Source: Escherichia coli (GTDB lineage Bacteria; Pseudomonadota; Gammaproteobacteria; Enterobacterales; Enterobacteriaceae). Taken from it: 64,000 nt of DNA. Shown one piece after another: positions 11,965 to 21,365 of the stretch (position 1 is its first letter; every line of letters begins with the position of its first letter). The position numbers and the translations under genes are program-made. The stretch lies in the NCBI RefSeq assembly GCF_044324785.1, contig NZ_CP172127.1; one strand, written 5' to 3'. Below the pieces are notes generated by a model. That model saw nothing but the letters and a program-made list of their open reading frames with translations, made no database searches and had not been told where the DNA came from.

Positions 11965-13471
11965 TTCTGTTTCACTGATGTCTATCTCCACGCGCGCAAA
12001 TAAGCTTGATGGAGTTGAGCAGGCATTTGTTGCTATGGCGACAGAGATGAATAAGGGGGTGCTGAAGAATCTCGGTCTGCTGACCCCTGAGCTGGAAGAG
12101 GCGAAAAGTGGCGATCTGATGATTGTCATTAAAGGTACCAGCGAGGAGGCGAACGAGCGGACGCTAATAGCGATTGATGAGCTGTTTGCGCATAAAGAAC
12201 AGGGAGGCCAGCACGAAGCACGCTATGCCACGATTGCCAGTGCGAAGAAGCATGCTCCAGAGAGTAATCTGGCGGTGATCTCTGTCAATGGCCTGTTTGC
12301 TGCTCGTGAAGCTCGTCAGGCACTACAAAATAACCTCAATGTTATGCTGTTTTCTGACAACGTCTCTCTTGAGGACGAGCTGGAACTCAAGCATCTGGCA
12401 CATGAAAAAGGGTTGTTGATGATGGGGCCTGATTGTGGAACCGCCATCATTAACGGCGCAGCGTTGTGTTTTGGCAATGCAGTGCGTCGCGGCAACATCG
12501 GAATCATTGGTGCCTCCGGTACGGGTAGCCAGGAGCTGAGCGTACGCATTCACGAATTTGGCGGCGGGATTTCCCAGCTGATTGGGACAGGTGGACGCGA
12601 TATGAGTGAAAAAATTGGCGGCCTGATGATGCTTGACGCGATTAGCATGCTGGAGGCCGATCCACAAACTGAGATCATTACGCTTATATCCAAACCTCCT
12701 GCACCAGCGGTAGCCCGTAAGGTGCTGGAACGTGCGCGCACCTGTCACAAGCCTGTGGTGGTGTGTTTCCTCGGACGTGAGTCCACCCCTGCGGATGAAG
12801 AAGGCCTACAGTTTGCCCGCGGTACTAAAGAGGCTGCCTTGAAAGCGGTACTGTTGACTGGTGTGAAAAAAGAGAGTCTGGATTTGCATCCGCTCAACTG
12901 GCAGCTGATTGAAGAGGTTCGCTCCCGTCTGACTCCACAACAAAAGTATATCCGTGGCCTGTTCTGTGGTGGCACGTTATGCGATGAAGCGATGTTTACT
13001 GCCATGGAAAAACTCTCGGATGTGTATAGCAATATTCACCCGAATCCGGCGTTCCGCCTTACAGATCTCAACCGTAGCGTGGCGCATACCTTCCTCGATT
13101 TCGGCGATGATTATTTTACCAACGGCAAACCACATCCGATGATCGATCCCACCAATCGCATTACCCGGCTCTTGCAGGAAGCACAGGATCCTGAAGTTGG
13201 CGTGATCGTGATGGACTTCATTCTTGGATTTGGATCACATGAAGATCCGGTTGGAGTGATGCTGGATACAATTGTTGAAGCCAAAGAAATTGCTGCCGCA
13301 GACGGTCGCCCGCTTGAGATCCTCGGCTATGTGCTGGGAACCGACCTTGATACACCGTCGCTGAAAAAACAGTGTCAGATGTTGACCGATGCCGGGGTTA
13401 TTTGGGCAAGCAGTAGCACCAACACCGGATTACTGGCACGTGAATTTATATTTAAAGGGGAGGAAGGCTGA
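11924..13471 (+). CDS. FdrA/YahF-like protein (CoA-binding, succinyl-CoA synthetase alpha-like fold)
   Basis: N-terminus MSIRIVVKKNTYFDSVSLMSIS resembles the FdrA family; 515 aa; glycine-rich loops GASGTGSQE. Confidence 0.75.
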   Translation: MSIRIVVKKNTYFDSVSLMSISTRANKLDGVEQAFVAMATEMNKGVLKNLGLLTPELEEAKSGDLMIVIKGTSEEANERTLIAIDELFAHKEQGGQHEARYATIASAKKHAPESNLAVISVNGLFAAREARQALQNNLNVMLFSDNVSLEDELELKHLAHEKGLLMMGPDCGTAIINGAALCFGNAVRRGNIGIIGASGTGSQELSVRIHEFGGGISQLIGTGGRDMSEKIGGLMMLDAISMLEADPQTEIITLISKPPAPAVARKVLERARTCHKPVVVCFLGRESTPADEEGLQFARGTKEAALKAVLLTGVKKESLDLHPLNWQLIEEVRSRLTPQQKYIRGLFCGGTLCDEAMFTAMEKLSDVYSNIHPNPAFRLTDLNRSVAHTFLDFGDDYFTNGKPHPMIDPTNRITRLLQEAQDPEVGVIVMDFILGFGSHEDPVGVMLDTIVEAKEIAAADGRPLEILGYVLGTDLDTPSLKKQCQMLTDAGVIWASSSTNTGLLAREFIFKGEEG

Positions 13472-14889
13472 TGAGCCAGACACTGTTTAATCAGCCGCTG
13501 AACGTTATTAATGTCGGTATCGAAATGTTCAGCGATGACATGAAAAAGCAGAATGTACCGGTAACCCAACTTGACTGGACACCGCCAGGCCAAGGAAACA
13601 TACAAGTGGTAACGGCACTGGACGACATTGCCGCTTCACCACTGGCAGACAAAATTGCAGCTGCTAATCAGCTGGCGCTGGAACGCATTATCCAGTCGCA
13701 TCCTGTGCTAATTGGCTATGATCAGGCGATCAACGTCGTGCCGGGTATGACCCGTAACACTATCCTTCACGCCGGGCCGCCAATCCACTGGGAAAAAATG
13801 TGCGGCGCAATGAAGGGCGCAGTAACCGGGGCTCTGGTATTTGAAGGACTGGCGAAAGATCTGGATGATGCCGCCGAACTAGCTGCTTCAGGTGAAATCA
13901 TCTTCTCTCCGTGCCACGAACATGACTGTGTCGGCTCAATGGCGGGTGTCACGTCTGCATCGATGTTTATGCACATCGTCGAGAACAAAACCTATGGAAA
14001 CCGCGCATATACCAATATGAGCGAGCAGATGGCAAAGATCCTGCGTATGGGCGCTAACGACCAGAGCGTTATAGAGCGTCTTAACTGGATGCGAGATGTA
14101 CTGGGACCTATGTTGCGCGATGCTATGAAGCTGGCGGGCGAAATCGATCTGCACTTGATGTTAGCGCAGGCGCTGCATATGGGCGATGAGTGCCATAACC
14201 GCAACAACGCCGGGACGGCGCTGCTGATTCAGACGCTGACGCCGTGGATTATTCAGACTGGCTACCCTGTTGAGCAGCAGCGTGAGGTGTTCGAGTTTGT
14301 CCTCAGTAGTGATTACTTCTCAGGACCAACATGGATGGCAATGTGTAAAGCCGCAATGGACGCTGCGCACGGCATTGAATACAGCACCGTGGTGACAACG
14401 ATGGCACGCAATGGTGTTGAGTTCGGTCTTCGTATTAGCGGTTTGCCGGGCAAGTGGTTTACCGGTCCGGCGCAGCAGGTGATTGGGCCGATGTTTGCGG
14501 GCTATAAGCTAGAGGATTCCGGACGTGATATCGGTGATAGTGCAATTACCGAAACCTACGGCGTTGGCGGTTTCGCTATGGCGACGGCACCAGCTATTGT
14601 GTCACTGGTGGGCGGAACAGTTGAGGAAGCTATTGATTTCTCACGTAAAATGAGAGAAATCACTCTCGGAGAAAACCCCAACGTCACCATTCCCCTGCTT
14701 GGTTTTATGGGCGTACCGACCGCTATCGATATTACGCGTGTAGGCAGTACAGGCATTCTGCCGGTAATTAACACAGCCATTGCGCACAAAGACGCAGGGA
14801 TCGGCATGATCGGCGCAGGAATTGTTCACCCGCCGTTCACTTGTTTTGAAAAGGCGATCCTCAACTGGCGTGACCACTACTGCCAATAA
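13471..14889 (+). CDS. DUF1116-type protein (YahG/YlbE-like)
   Basis: 472-aa ORF whose ATG overlaps the FdrA-like stop (ATGA); family assignment from operon context and recalled similarity. Confidence 0.65.
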   Translation: MSQTLFNQPLNVINVGIEMFSDDMKKQNVPVTQLDWTPPGQGNIQVVTALDDIAASPLADKIAAANQLALERIIQSHPVLIGYDQAINVVPGMTRNTILHAGPPIHWEKMCGAMKGAVTGALVFEGLAKDLDDAAELAASGEIIFSPCHEHDCVGSMAGVTSASMFMHIVENKTYGNRAYTNMSEQMAKILRMGANDQSVIERLNWMRDVLGPMLRDAMKLAGEIDLHLMLAQALHMGDECHNRNNAGTALLIQTLTPWIIQTGYPVEQQREVFEFVLSSDYFSGPTWMAMCKAAMDAAHGIEYSTVVTTMARNGVEFGLRISGLPGKWFTGPAQQVIGPMFAGYKLEDSGRDIGDSAITETYGVGGFAMATAPAIVSLVGGTVEEAIDFSRKMREITLGENPNVTIPLLGFMGVPTAIDITRVGSTGILPVINTAIAHKDAGIGMIGAGIVHPPFTCFEKAILNWRDHYCQ

Positions 14890-15001
14890 CAATAACCGGG
14901 GCTAACGCAGTTAGCCCCACAGTAGCGGAAAACGTTGTTTACCTTCAGGGCTGGGCGATCTCCATGATCGCAAACGATGCTTAACCTGTTAAGGAGATTC
15001 C

Positions 15002-16552
15002 ATGAACAGCATAAAACTAGAATGGAAACGTGGTGACTGGGCGGCTTACTTTGGACTGATGACCAACAATCTGACTAACCTGCTGACAATGATGGGTCTG
15101 CTAATTTTTGTCGTCGGAATCCCTACTGAAATTGTCTATGGACGCATTGCGCCTGCCTTTGGTCTTGCAGTGCTGGCGGCCAGTGTCTGCTACTCCTGGT
15201 TTGGTCTACAGATGGTGAAGAAAACCGGTCGTAGCGATGTAACGGCGCTGCCGTCTGGACCGAGCGCACCCTCAATCTTTACCGTGACATTCCTGGTGCT
15301 GATGCCGGTTTATCAGCAAACCAAAGATGCCAACTTTGCTATTCAGATAGGATTGGTGTGGTGCTTTGTCGAAGCGTTGATCCTGGTCGGTGGCTCCTTC
15401 CTGGGTGAGACTATCCGCAAGATGATCCCGCGTACAGTGCTGCTTTCTTGTCTGTCCGGACTGGGGTTATTACTGCTGGCAATGAACCCGATGCTGCAAG
15501 CGTTCGAAGCGCCGACAGTTTCTTTCATCGTCCTGTTATTGATCTTCATTAACTGGTTCGGTAAGAAGCCGATTTTTCCCCATATTCCTACCGGTTTGCT
15601 GTTGCTGATTGCTGGTACGTCCCTAGCGTGGATATCCGGTTTACAAAGCCCGGAAGACATTAAAGCGTCGATGTCTTCCTTCGGCTTCAACCCGCCGGAA
15701 ATTCATGTAAGGAGCTTCCTGCAAGGTTTGCCGCACGCTCTGCCATATCTGGCTTCTGCAGTTCCTTTGGGCCTGGCTAACTACATTTTTGACCTCGAGA
15801 ACATTGAAAGTGCGCACGCGGCTGGTGATGAATACAACACCCGTAAGGTCATGATGGCGAACGGCTTTGCCTCCATGCTCGGTTGCATGCTGGGTAATCC
15901 GTTCCCGGTAACCGTATATGTTGGGCATGCAGGCTGGAAAGCTATGGGCGCTAGTATCTGCTATACCCTCGCATCAGGCATCACTATGTTTCTGGTGCCA
16001 TTGTTTGGGTTGGGCGCGTTTATGCTCGCCATTATTCCCATGACTGCTATAGTGCCAATTCTGGTTTTTATCGGTGTGGTAACCGCCAATCAGGTGGTGC
16101 GAGAAACTCCTAAAGTCGAGGTTCCCGTCATTTTCATCTGTCTGTTCCCATGGGTCGCCAACTGGGCATTGACCATCGTTAACAGCGTGATGGGCGCAGC
16201 CGGAACATCCGCTGAGAAACTTGGTAGCGACCTGTTGCACAGCAAAGGCGTCTATTACGATGGACTGATGCATCTGGGAAGCGGTGCACCGCTGGCCAGC
16301 ATGCTGTGGGGATGCATTGCTATCTTTGCCATTATGAATAAGCCGCTGCGCGGGGCGATAGCTGCATCCTTTGGAGCACTGTTATCGCTGTTTGGCGTGA
16401 TTCACTCCCCAGCGGTTGGCTTTGCGGAAGGCAGCTCGATTGTGTTTGTTGTGGCCTACCTGATGATGCTTGCTATGTTTGCCCTCAAGCATGTTATTGA
16501 TAGCCGTGAAACAGTGGCTGCGTCTGAGCAGGAAGAGACTAAAACGACCTGA
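15002..16552 (+). CDS. Polytopic membrane transporter (putative nucleobase/ureide-type permease), not part of the K-12 yah cluster
   Basis: 516 aa, at least 10 hydrophobic segments; RBS AAGGAGA before the ATG; family unresolved without a search. Confidence 0.65.
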   Translation: MNSIKLEWKRGDWAAYFGLMTNNLTNLLTMMGLLIFVVGIPTEIVYGRIAPAFGLAVLAASVCYSWFGLQMVKKTGRSDVTALPSGPSAPSIFTVTFLVLMPVYQQTKDANFAIQIGLVWCFVEALILVGGSFLGETIRKMIPRTVLLSCLSGLGLLLLAMNPMLQAFEAPTVSFIVLLLIFINWFGKKPIFPHIPTGLLLLIAGTSLAWISGLQSPEDIKASMSSFGFNPPEIHVRSFLQGLPHALPYLASAVPLGLANYIFDLENIESAHAAGDEYNTRKVMMANGFASMLGCMLGNPFPVTVYVGHAGWKAMGASICYTLASGITMFLVPLFGLGAFMLAIIPMTAIVPILVFIGVVTANQVVRETPKVEVPVIFICLFPWVANWALTIVNSVMGAAGTSAEKLGSDLLHSKGVYYDGLMHLGSGAPLASMLWGCIAIFAIMNKPLRGAIAASFGALLSLFGVIHSPAVGFAEGSSIVFVVAYLMMLAMFALKHVIDSRETVAASEQEETKTT

Positions 16553-16578
16553 ATAGCCTGCAAACGGAAGATAATTCT

Positions 16579-17541
16579 ATGAAAGAACTTGTGGTCGTTG
16601 CCATTGGTGGCAACAGCATTATCAAAGATAACGCCAGCCAGTCGATTGAGCATCAGGCGGAGGCGGTGAAGGCCGTCGCCGATACGGTTCTGGAAATGCT
16701 GGCTTCCGATTACGACATTGTGCTGACCCACGGCAACGGGCCGCAGGTCGGTCTGGATTTACGCCGCGCGGAGATAGCCCACGAGCGCGAAGGGCTACCC
16801 TTAACGCCGCTGGCGAACTGTGTGGCGGATACGCAAGGCGGCATTGGCTATCTGATCCAGCAGGCGCTGAACAACCGGCTGGCGCCTCTCGGCGAGAAAA
16901 AAGCCGTCACCGTGGTGACTCAGGTGGAAGTGGATAAAAACGATCCGGGGTTTGTCCATCCCACCAAGCCCATCGGTGCATTCTTTAGTGAAAACCAGCG
17001 TGATGAACTACAAAAGGCAAACCCTGACTGGCGTTTTGTTGAAGATGCCGGACGGGGCTATCGCCGCGTGGTCGCCTCGCCGGAACCGAAACGTATTGTC
17101 GAAGCACCTGCCATTAAGACTCTGATCCAGCAAGGCTTTGTGGTGATTGGCGCGGGCGGCGGTGGCATTCCGGTGGTGCGTACTGACGCAGGGGATTACC
17201 AAAGCGTGGACGCGGTTATCGACAAAGATCTCTCTAGCGCGCTACTGGCTCGCGAAATTCACGCCGACATTCTGGTGATCACCACCGGCGTGGAAAAAGT
17301 GAGTATTCATTTTGGGAAACCCAACCAGCATGCACTGGATACAGTGGATGTCCTAACGATGGCCCGTTACATGCAGGAGGGTCACTTCCCGCCTGGGAGT
17401 ATGTTACCGAAGATTCTTGCCAGTCTGGAGTTCCTGGAACGTGGAGGTAAAAGAGTGATTATCACCACGCCTGAATGCCTGTCCGCGGCACTGCGTGGCG
17501 AAACAGGCACCCATATTATCCACTCCCAAGAGGAGACGTAA
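16579..17541 (+). CDS. Carbamate kinase-like protein (YahI/ArcC-like)
   Basis: MKELVVVAIGGNSI...VLTHGNGPQVG matches the carbamate kinase / amino-acid kinase family. Confidence 0.8.
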   Translation: MKELVVVAIGGNSIIKDNASQSIEHQAEAVKAVADTVLEMLASDYDIVLTHGNGPQVGLDLRRAEIAHEREGLPLTPLANCVADTQGGIGYLIQQALNNRLAPLGEKKAVTVVTQVEVDKNDPGFVHPTKPIGAFFSENQRDELQKANPDWRFVEDAGRGYRRVVASPEPKRIVEAPAIKTLIQQGFVVIGAGGGGIPVVRTDAGDYQSVDAVIDKDLSSALLAREIHADILVITTGVEKVSIHFGKPNQHALDTVDVLTMARYMQEGHFPPGSMLPKILASLEFLERGGKRVIITTPECLSAALRGETGTHIIHSQEET

Positions 17542-18639
17542 ATTAAGGAAAGCGACCGCCGCCGTGAATTTTTAATGTTCATTGCAGATTATCGTGGGCT
17601 GGAAATGATAACGGTTGGGGAGTTATTGTTTAGTTGCTAAAACAGAACGATAACCAACCCCAACCGTTCTCAATTTCGAATACTATCTTTTCCATTTATC
17701 TCTGGATAGGCTTTGACGTCGTCCCTACTGAGTAAAATCCCCCTCATCATCCACCTAAAACCGATTGAAAACGGTCATTACTCTTGTGGCAAACAGGCTA
17801 AAGCCGTTCACGATGCTTCACTTCGCACCTTATCGTAATGAACAATACTGGTATTTCCAGTTCAGTTACGCCTACCCGTCTACCGCATTCTTTGCCCTAA
17901 CTGCGGCATAGTTCGGGATTATATCAGCTGGCTAAAGCCTTATGCTCATCAGACCACATGACTCATTGAGCATGTTGAGGCGTTACTCAAAATCTTGCCG
18001 ATTAAACATATTTCGTAATTTCTTACCCTGCACTAACATATCATCAATACTATCGACAAACGTCAGTTGCAAATAGAGGTCACAGGGTCTGATTGATGTA
18101 CTGTCAAGGCCGGGTCATGAAAGAGTTTGCCCTGTTCAAAGCTCATCGTTACGCACCGTCGTAGCCGATGCGGATACTCATCAATCCTCTGGATAGGTGA
18201 GGTGCGTAGTAGAGAAGCTCGGTCGTTTTTCGTTAATCTGAATCAGTACTGTCAACATATTCAAGTCGTTAATATGGATATGAATACCTCCTTTGACCTA
18301 GAGGTACAGATGCACTACCCCCCAAGCTGTCAACGACGGATGAAAAGTGGCTCTTCCGCAACCTGGATGGAGATTTTCATGCCAGTGGACTCATGACCCT
18401 CTGCCTGAGTAGTTCAAATCCGGCTCGACCATACATCTGGCCTTTCAGCATTTTTAGCCAATTTACATGACTTTCGACCACCCCCCATTATTCCAGCGAC
18501 TGCTGATTGCCTCACATATAGCCGCAGCATCAGCTACCATCCTTGCAGCCACGCGCCGAAGTTACCACTTTCTCGTTGCTCTTTTAACCACTCCCTCCAT
18601 GGGTCCAGAAGTCCTCGCTCTGGAGGCCGGGTTGACATT

Positions 18640-19539
18640 TCAGGGAATGTTCCTGAACACACCCAGAGACTGACTGTCACACGTGATAAGCCTGTAATAC
18701 GGGATAAGCCTGTAATACGGGATAAGCCTGTAATACGGGATATTTCCCCTGAACCCACATCCCTTGTTATGTAGTGCCATAACCTCTGTCCAACGCTGAT
18801 GCCGTTTTTGGCGGGTTTGCTGTTTAAGGCGTTCCGGACGACGGAGCGATGCTACAGGCACAGACAGTACTGGCTTAGGTGATTTCTTTGGTGACAACCC
18901 ACTGGCAACAAGACGTATCAGAGGCATCTGTCTGTACATCATTCGTTCAGGCGCATCGCCAATATTTTTTAGCAGGTGCCATCGATCAGCTATCTGTCTG
19001 GCCTGAGGTGCACCTTCACGTGCTGCTGTCGCATAGACTCCGCCACGGTCACGTGAGACAACCTGTATTTCCGGATATTTTCTGAACCAGGTCGCCAGCG
19101 TACTCTGATCGCAACCGGGAAGCAGGACGAGGGGACGGTGAGTATCAAGATTGACAATTAACGTGCCGTAATGGTGGCCCCGATGCCACGCCCACTCATC
19201 AATACCGACATGAGGCGCGCCCGACTGTTTCGTCTCCGGGGTATTAATAACCCTGCGAAGAAGAGTATCAGCACTGCAACGGAGCCCCACTGCCGTTGCT
19301 GCCTGTTTCCCGGCCTCACCTCCGGCTATTAATCCCAGTTGATGTTGTAAATTTTGTAACACCTGTGAAGAATGCTGGGAGTGAACCGGCGAAGGGGGCA
19401 AGCGACCCGGCAAAAATTTTACGTGAACAAGCCGGGTTACGGCAGTACCAGTGGCGGACGGAAAATACAAGCCATAGCGTCTGCCCTGAGCAGGGTAGAT
19501 GCTGTATCCGGCGCCGACGATAACTATGAACAGAGTCAC
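18640..19539 (-). pseudogene. ISL3-family transposase fragment, 5'-truncated at the IS1 insertion, with repeat-containing C-terminus
   Basis: ...HVGIDEWAWHRGHHYGTLIVNLDTHRPLVLLPGCDQSTLATWFRKYPEIQVVSRDRGGVYATAAREGAPQARQIADRWHLLKNIGDA resembles the ISL3 transposase core; the N-terminal part is missing. Confidence 0.55.
18685..18738 (+). repeat. 18-bp perfect tandem repeat x3 (GATAAGCCTGTAATACGG)
   Basis: Three identical 18-bp units, read in the minus-strand ORF as (IPYYRL)x3. Confidence 0.9.
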
Positions 19540-19716
19540 TACGCTTAAAGCATTCAGGACTTGTGCTGTTTTGCGTTTTCCGTGGAGATGGAGGGTTATA
19601 CCGTCAGAGCTAATAATTTGTCGACTGCATCTCCATCCGCAAGGTAACTGTAGAAGTGTCTGGTGATGCTGCCAACTTACTGATTTAGTGTATGATGGTG
19701 TTTTTGAGGTGCTCCA

Positions 19717-19992
19717 GTGGCTTCTGTTTCTATCAGCTGTCCCTCCTGTTCAGCTACTGACGGGGTGGTGCGTAACGGCAAAAGCACCGCCGGACATCAG
19801 CGCTATCTCTGCTCTCACTGCCGTAAAACATGGCAACTGCAGTTCACTTACACCGCTTCTCAACCCGGTACGCACCAGAAAATCATTGATATGGCCATGA
19901 ATGGCGTTGGATGCCGGGCAACTGCCCGCATTATGGGCGTTGGCCTCAACACGATTTTACGTCACTTAAAAAACTCAGGCCGCAGTCGGTAA
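19717..19992 (+). CDS. insA: IS1 InsA
   Basis: [43 protein letters not shown]... matches IS1 InsA. Confidence 0.9.
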
Positions 19993-20414
19993 CCTCGCGC
20001 ATACAGCCGGGCAGTGACGTCATCGTCTGCGCGGAAATGGACGAACAGTGGGGCTATGTCGGGGCTAAATCGCGCCAGCGCTGGCTGTTTTACGCGTATG
20101 ACAGTCTCCGGAAGACGGTTGTTGCGCACGTATTCGGTGAACGCACTATGGCGACGCTGGGGCGTCTTATGAGCCTGCTGTCACCCTTTGACGTGGTGAT
20201 ATGGATGACGGATGGCTGGCCGCTGTATGAATCCCGCCTGAAGGGAAAGCTGCACGTAATCAGCAAGCGATATACGCAGCGAATTGAGCGGCATAACCTG
20301 AATCTGAGGCAGCACCTGGCACGGCTGGGACGGAAGTCGCTGTCGTTTTCAAAATCGGTGGAGCTGCATGACAAAGTCATCAGGCATTATCTGAACATAA
20401 AACACTATCAATAA
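19911..20414 (+). CDS. insB: IS1 InsB frame (expressed as InsAB' by -1 frameshifting)
   Basis: ORF carrying the IS1 InsB sequence ...[47 protein letters not shown]...; coordinates are the open frame, not a defined start. Confidence 0.8.
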
Positions 20415-20429
20415 GTTGGAGTCATTACC

Positions 20430-20578
20430 GTGTTCCCGACAGACGACTCGGTGAAAAAAGTGGTGTGGCTGGCAATCCAGTCTGCGTCCCAGAAATGGAC
20501 GATGCCGTTGAAGGACTGGCGAATGGCAATGAGCCGCTTTATTATCGAGTTCGGTGACCGCCTGGACGGTCACTTCTG
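20430..20578 (+). pseudogene. C-terminal fragment of an IS256/Mutator-family transposase, cut at the IS1 boundary
   Basis: VFPTDDSVKKVVWLAIQSASQKWTMPLKDWRMAMSRFIIEFGDRLDGHF followed by a stop; resembles IS256-family transposase C-termini as recalled; begins right at the IS1 end. Confidence 0.5.
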
Positions 20579-20848
20579 AGAAAAGGCATTTACACAGAAT
20601 CCTAAACAGGCTCATTCAGACAGCTTTTTATTTCACTATGGCTATCCCAGAACAATCAGTACAAATAATAAAAGACATATCACAGCAACACTCCACACTG
20701 ACAGCGCAAAAATAAATGCCGCCTTTGTTATCTTCATATACAAGCAACCTGTCCTGATAATCACCAGCTCATGTTTTATTCTTAACCATTCGTCACAAAT
20801 ACAACAAAAAATAACAGCAGCAGCACCGATATCACAATATAAGATACA

Positions 20849-21304
20849 TTATTCAACACCTGAATCCCCCGCCGCTTCTCTCCCCTTTATAAAACGCCCC
20901 TTCCGGAATCCAGACCGCTGCAGTGCACGACGAAGATGACCGTATACCGTCTTGTCATTCTGCCCCGTCTCTTCTGTAATCTCCGCAATACTTAAACCTC
21001 TGTAATACCGGTTCAGTAACGCTCTGCGCTCTTCCAGCGTCAACACACCTCCGGCCGCTCTCAGATTCAGCATCGACTTATTCAGAATACAGCAGGCCTC
21101 TCCGGTAAAAAGAATACGAACAATATCTGTATACTCATCATCACAGAATACAAAATAATATCTGAATGACCTGCCTGACTGCACCCTTCTTCTGTCTGAT
21201 ATGGCATCTTCTATATATCTGATTCGACTGCTTACGGTTCCAAATACCTCTCGCAGGGCTTTTTCAAAATAAATATCTCTCGTCGCCAGGATTATATCCA
21301 GCAT
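20849..21304 (-). CDS. Putative HTH transcriptional regulator (LuxR/sigma-70 region-4-like C-terminus)
   Basis: C-terminal LTLEERRALLNRYYRGLSIAEITEETGQNDKTVYGHLRRALQR resembles a GerE/region-4 HTH; lies immediately upstream of the adhesin gene on the same strand. Confidence 0.5.
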   Translation of the reverse strand: MLDIILATRDIYFEKALREVFGTVSSRIRYIEDAISDRRRVQSGRSFRYYFVFCDDEYTDIVRILFTGEACCILNKSMLNLRAAGGVLTLEERRALLNRYYRGLSIAEITEETGQNDKTVYGHLRRALQRSGFRKGRFIKGREAAGDSGVE

Positions 21305-21365
21305 CTCTGTACCTCATTATATCCCGGGGGACTCCCCCCGGGACAGATATCTAAATCCTGACCTG

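Larger units (their letters stand above)
19662..20429 (+). mobile_element. IS1 insertion sequence, complete, 768 bp
   Basis: Termini GGTGATGCTGCCAACTTACTGAT ... AAGTTGGAGTCATTACC; InsA and InsB reading frames present; no target-site duplication (flanks GAAGTGTCT vs GTGTTCCCG). Confidence 0.95.

Noticed and set aside
18685-18738. Possible CRISPR array
   Set aside because: Only three directly abutting 18-bp units with no spacers and no cas genes; a simple tandem repeat.
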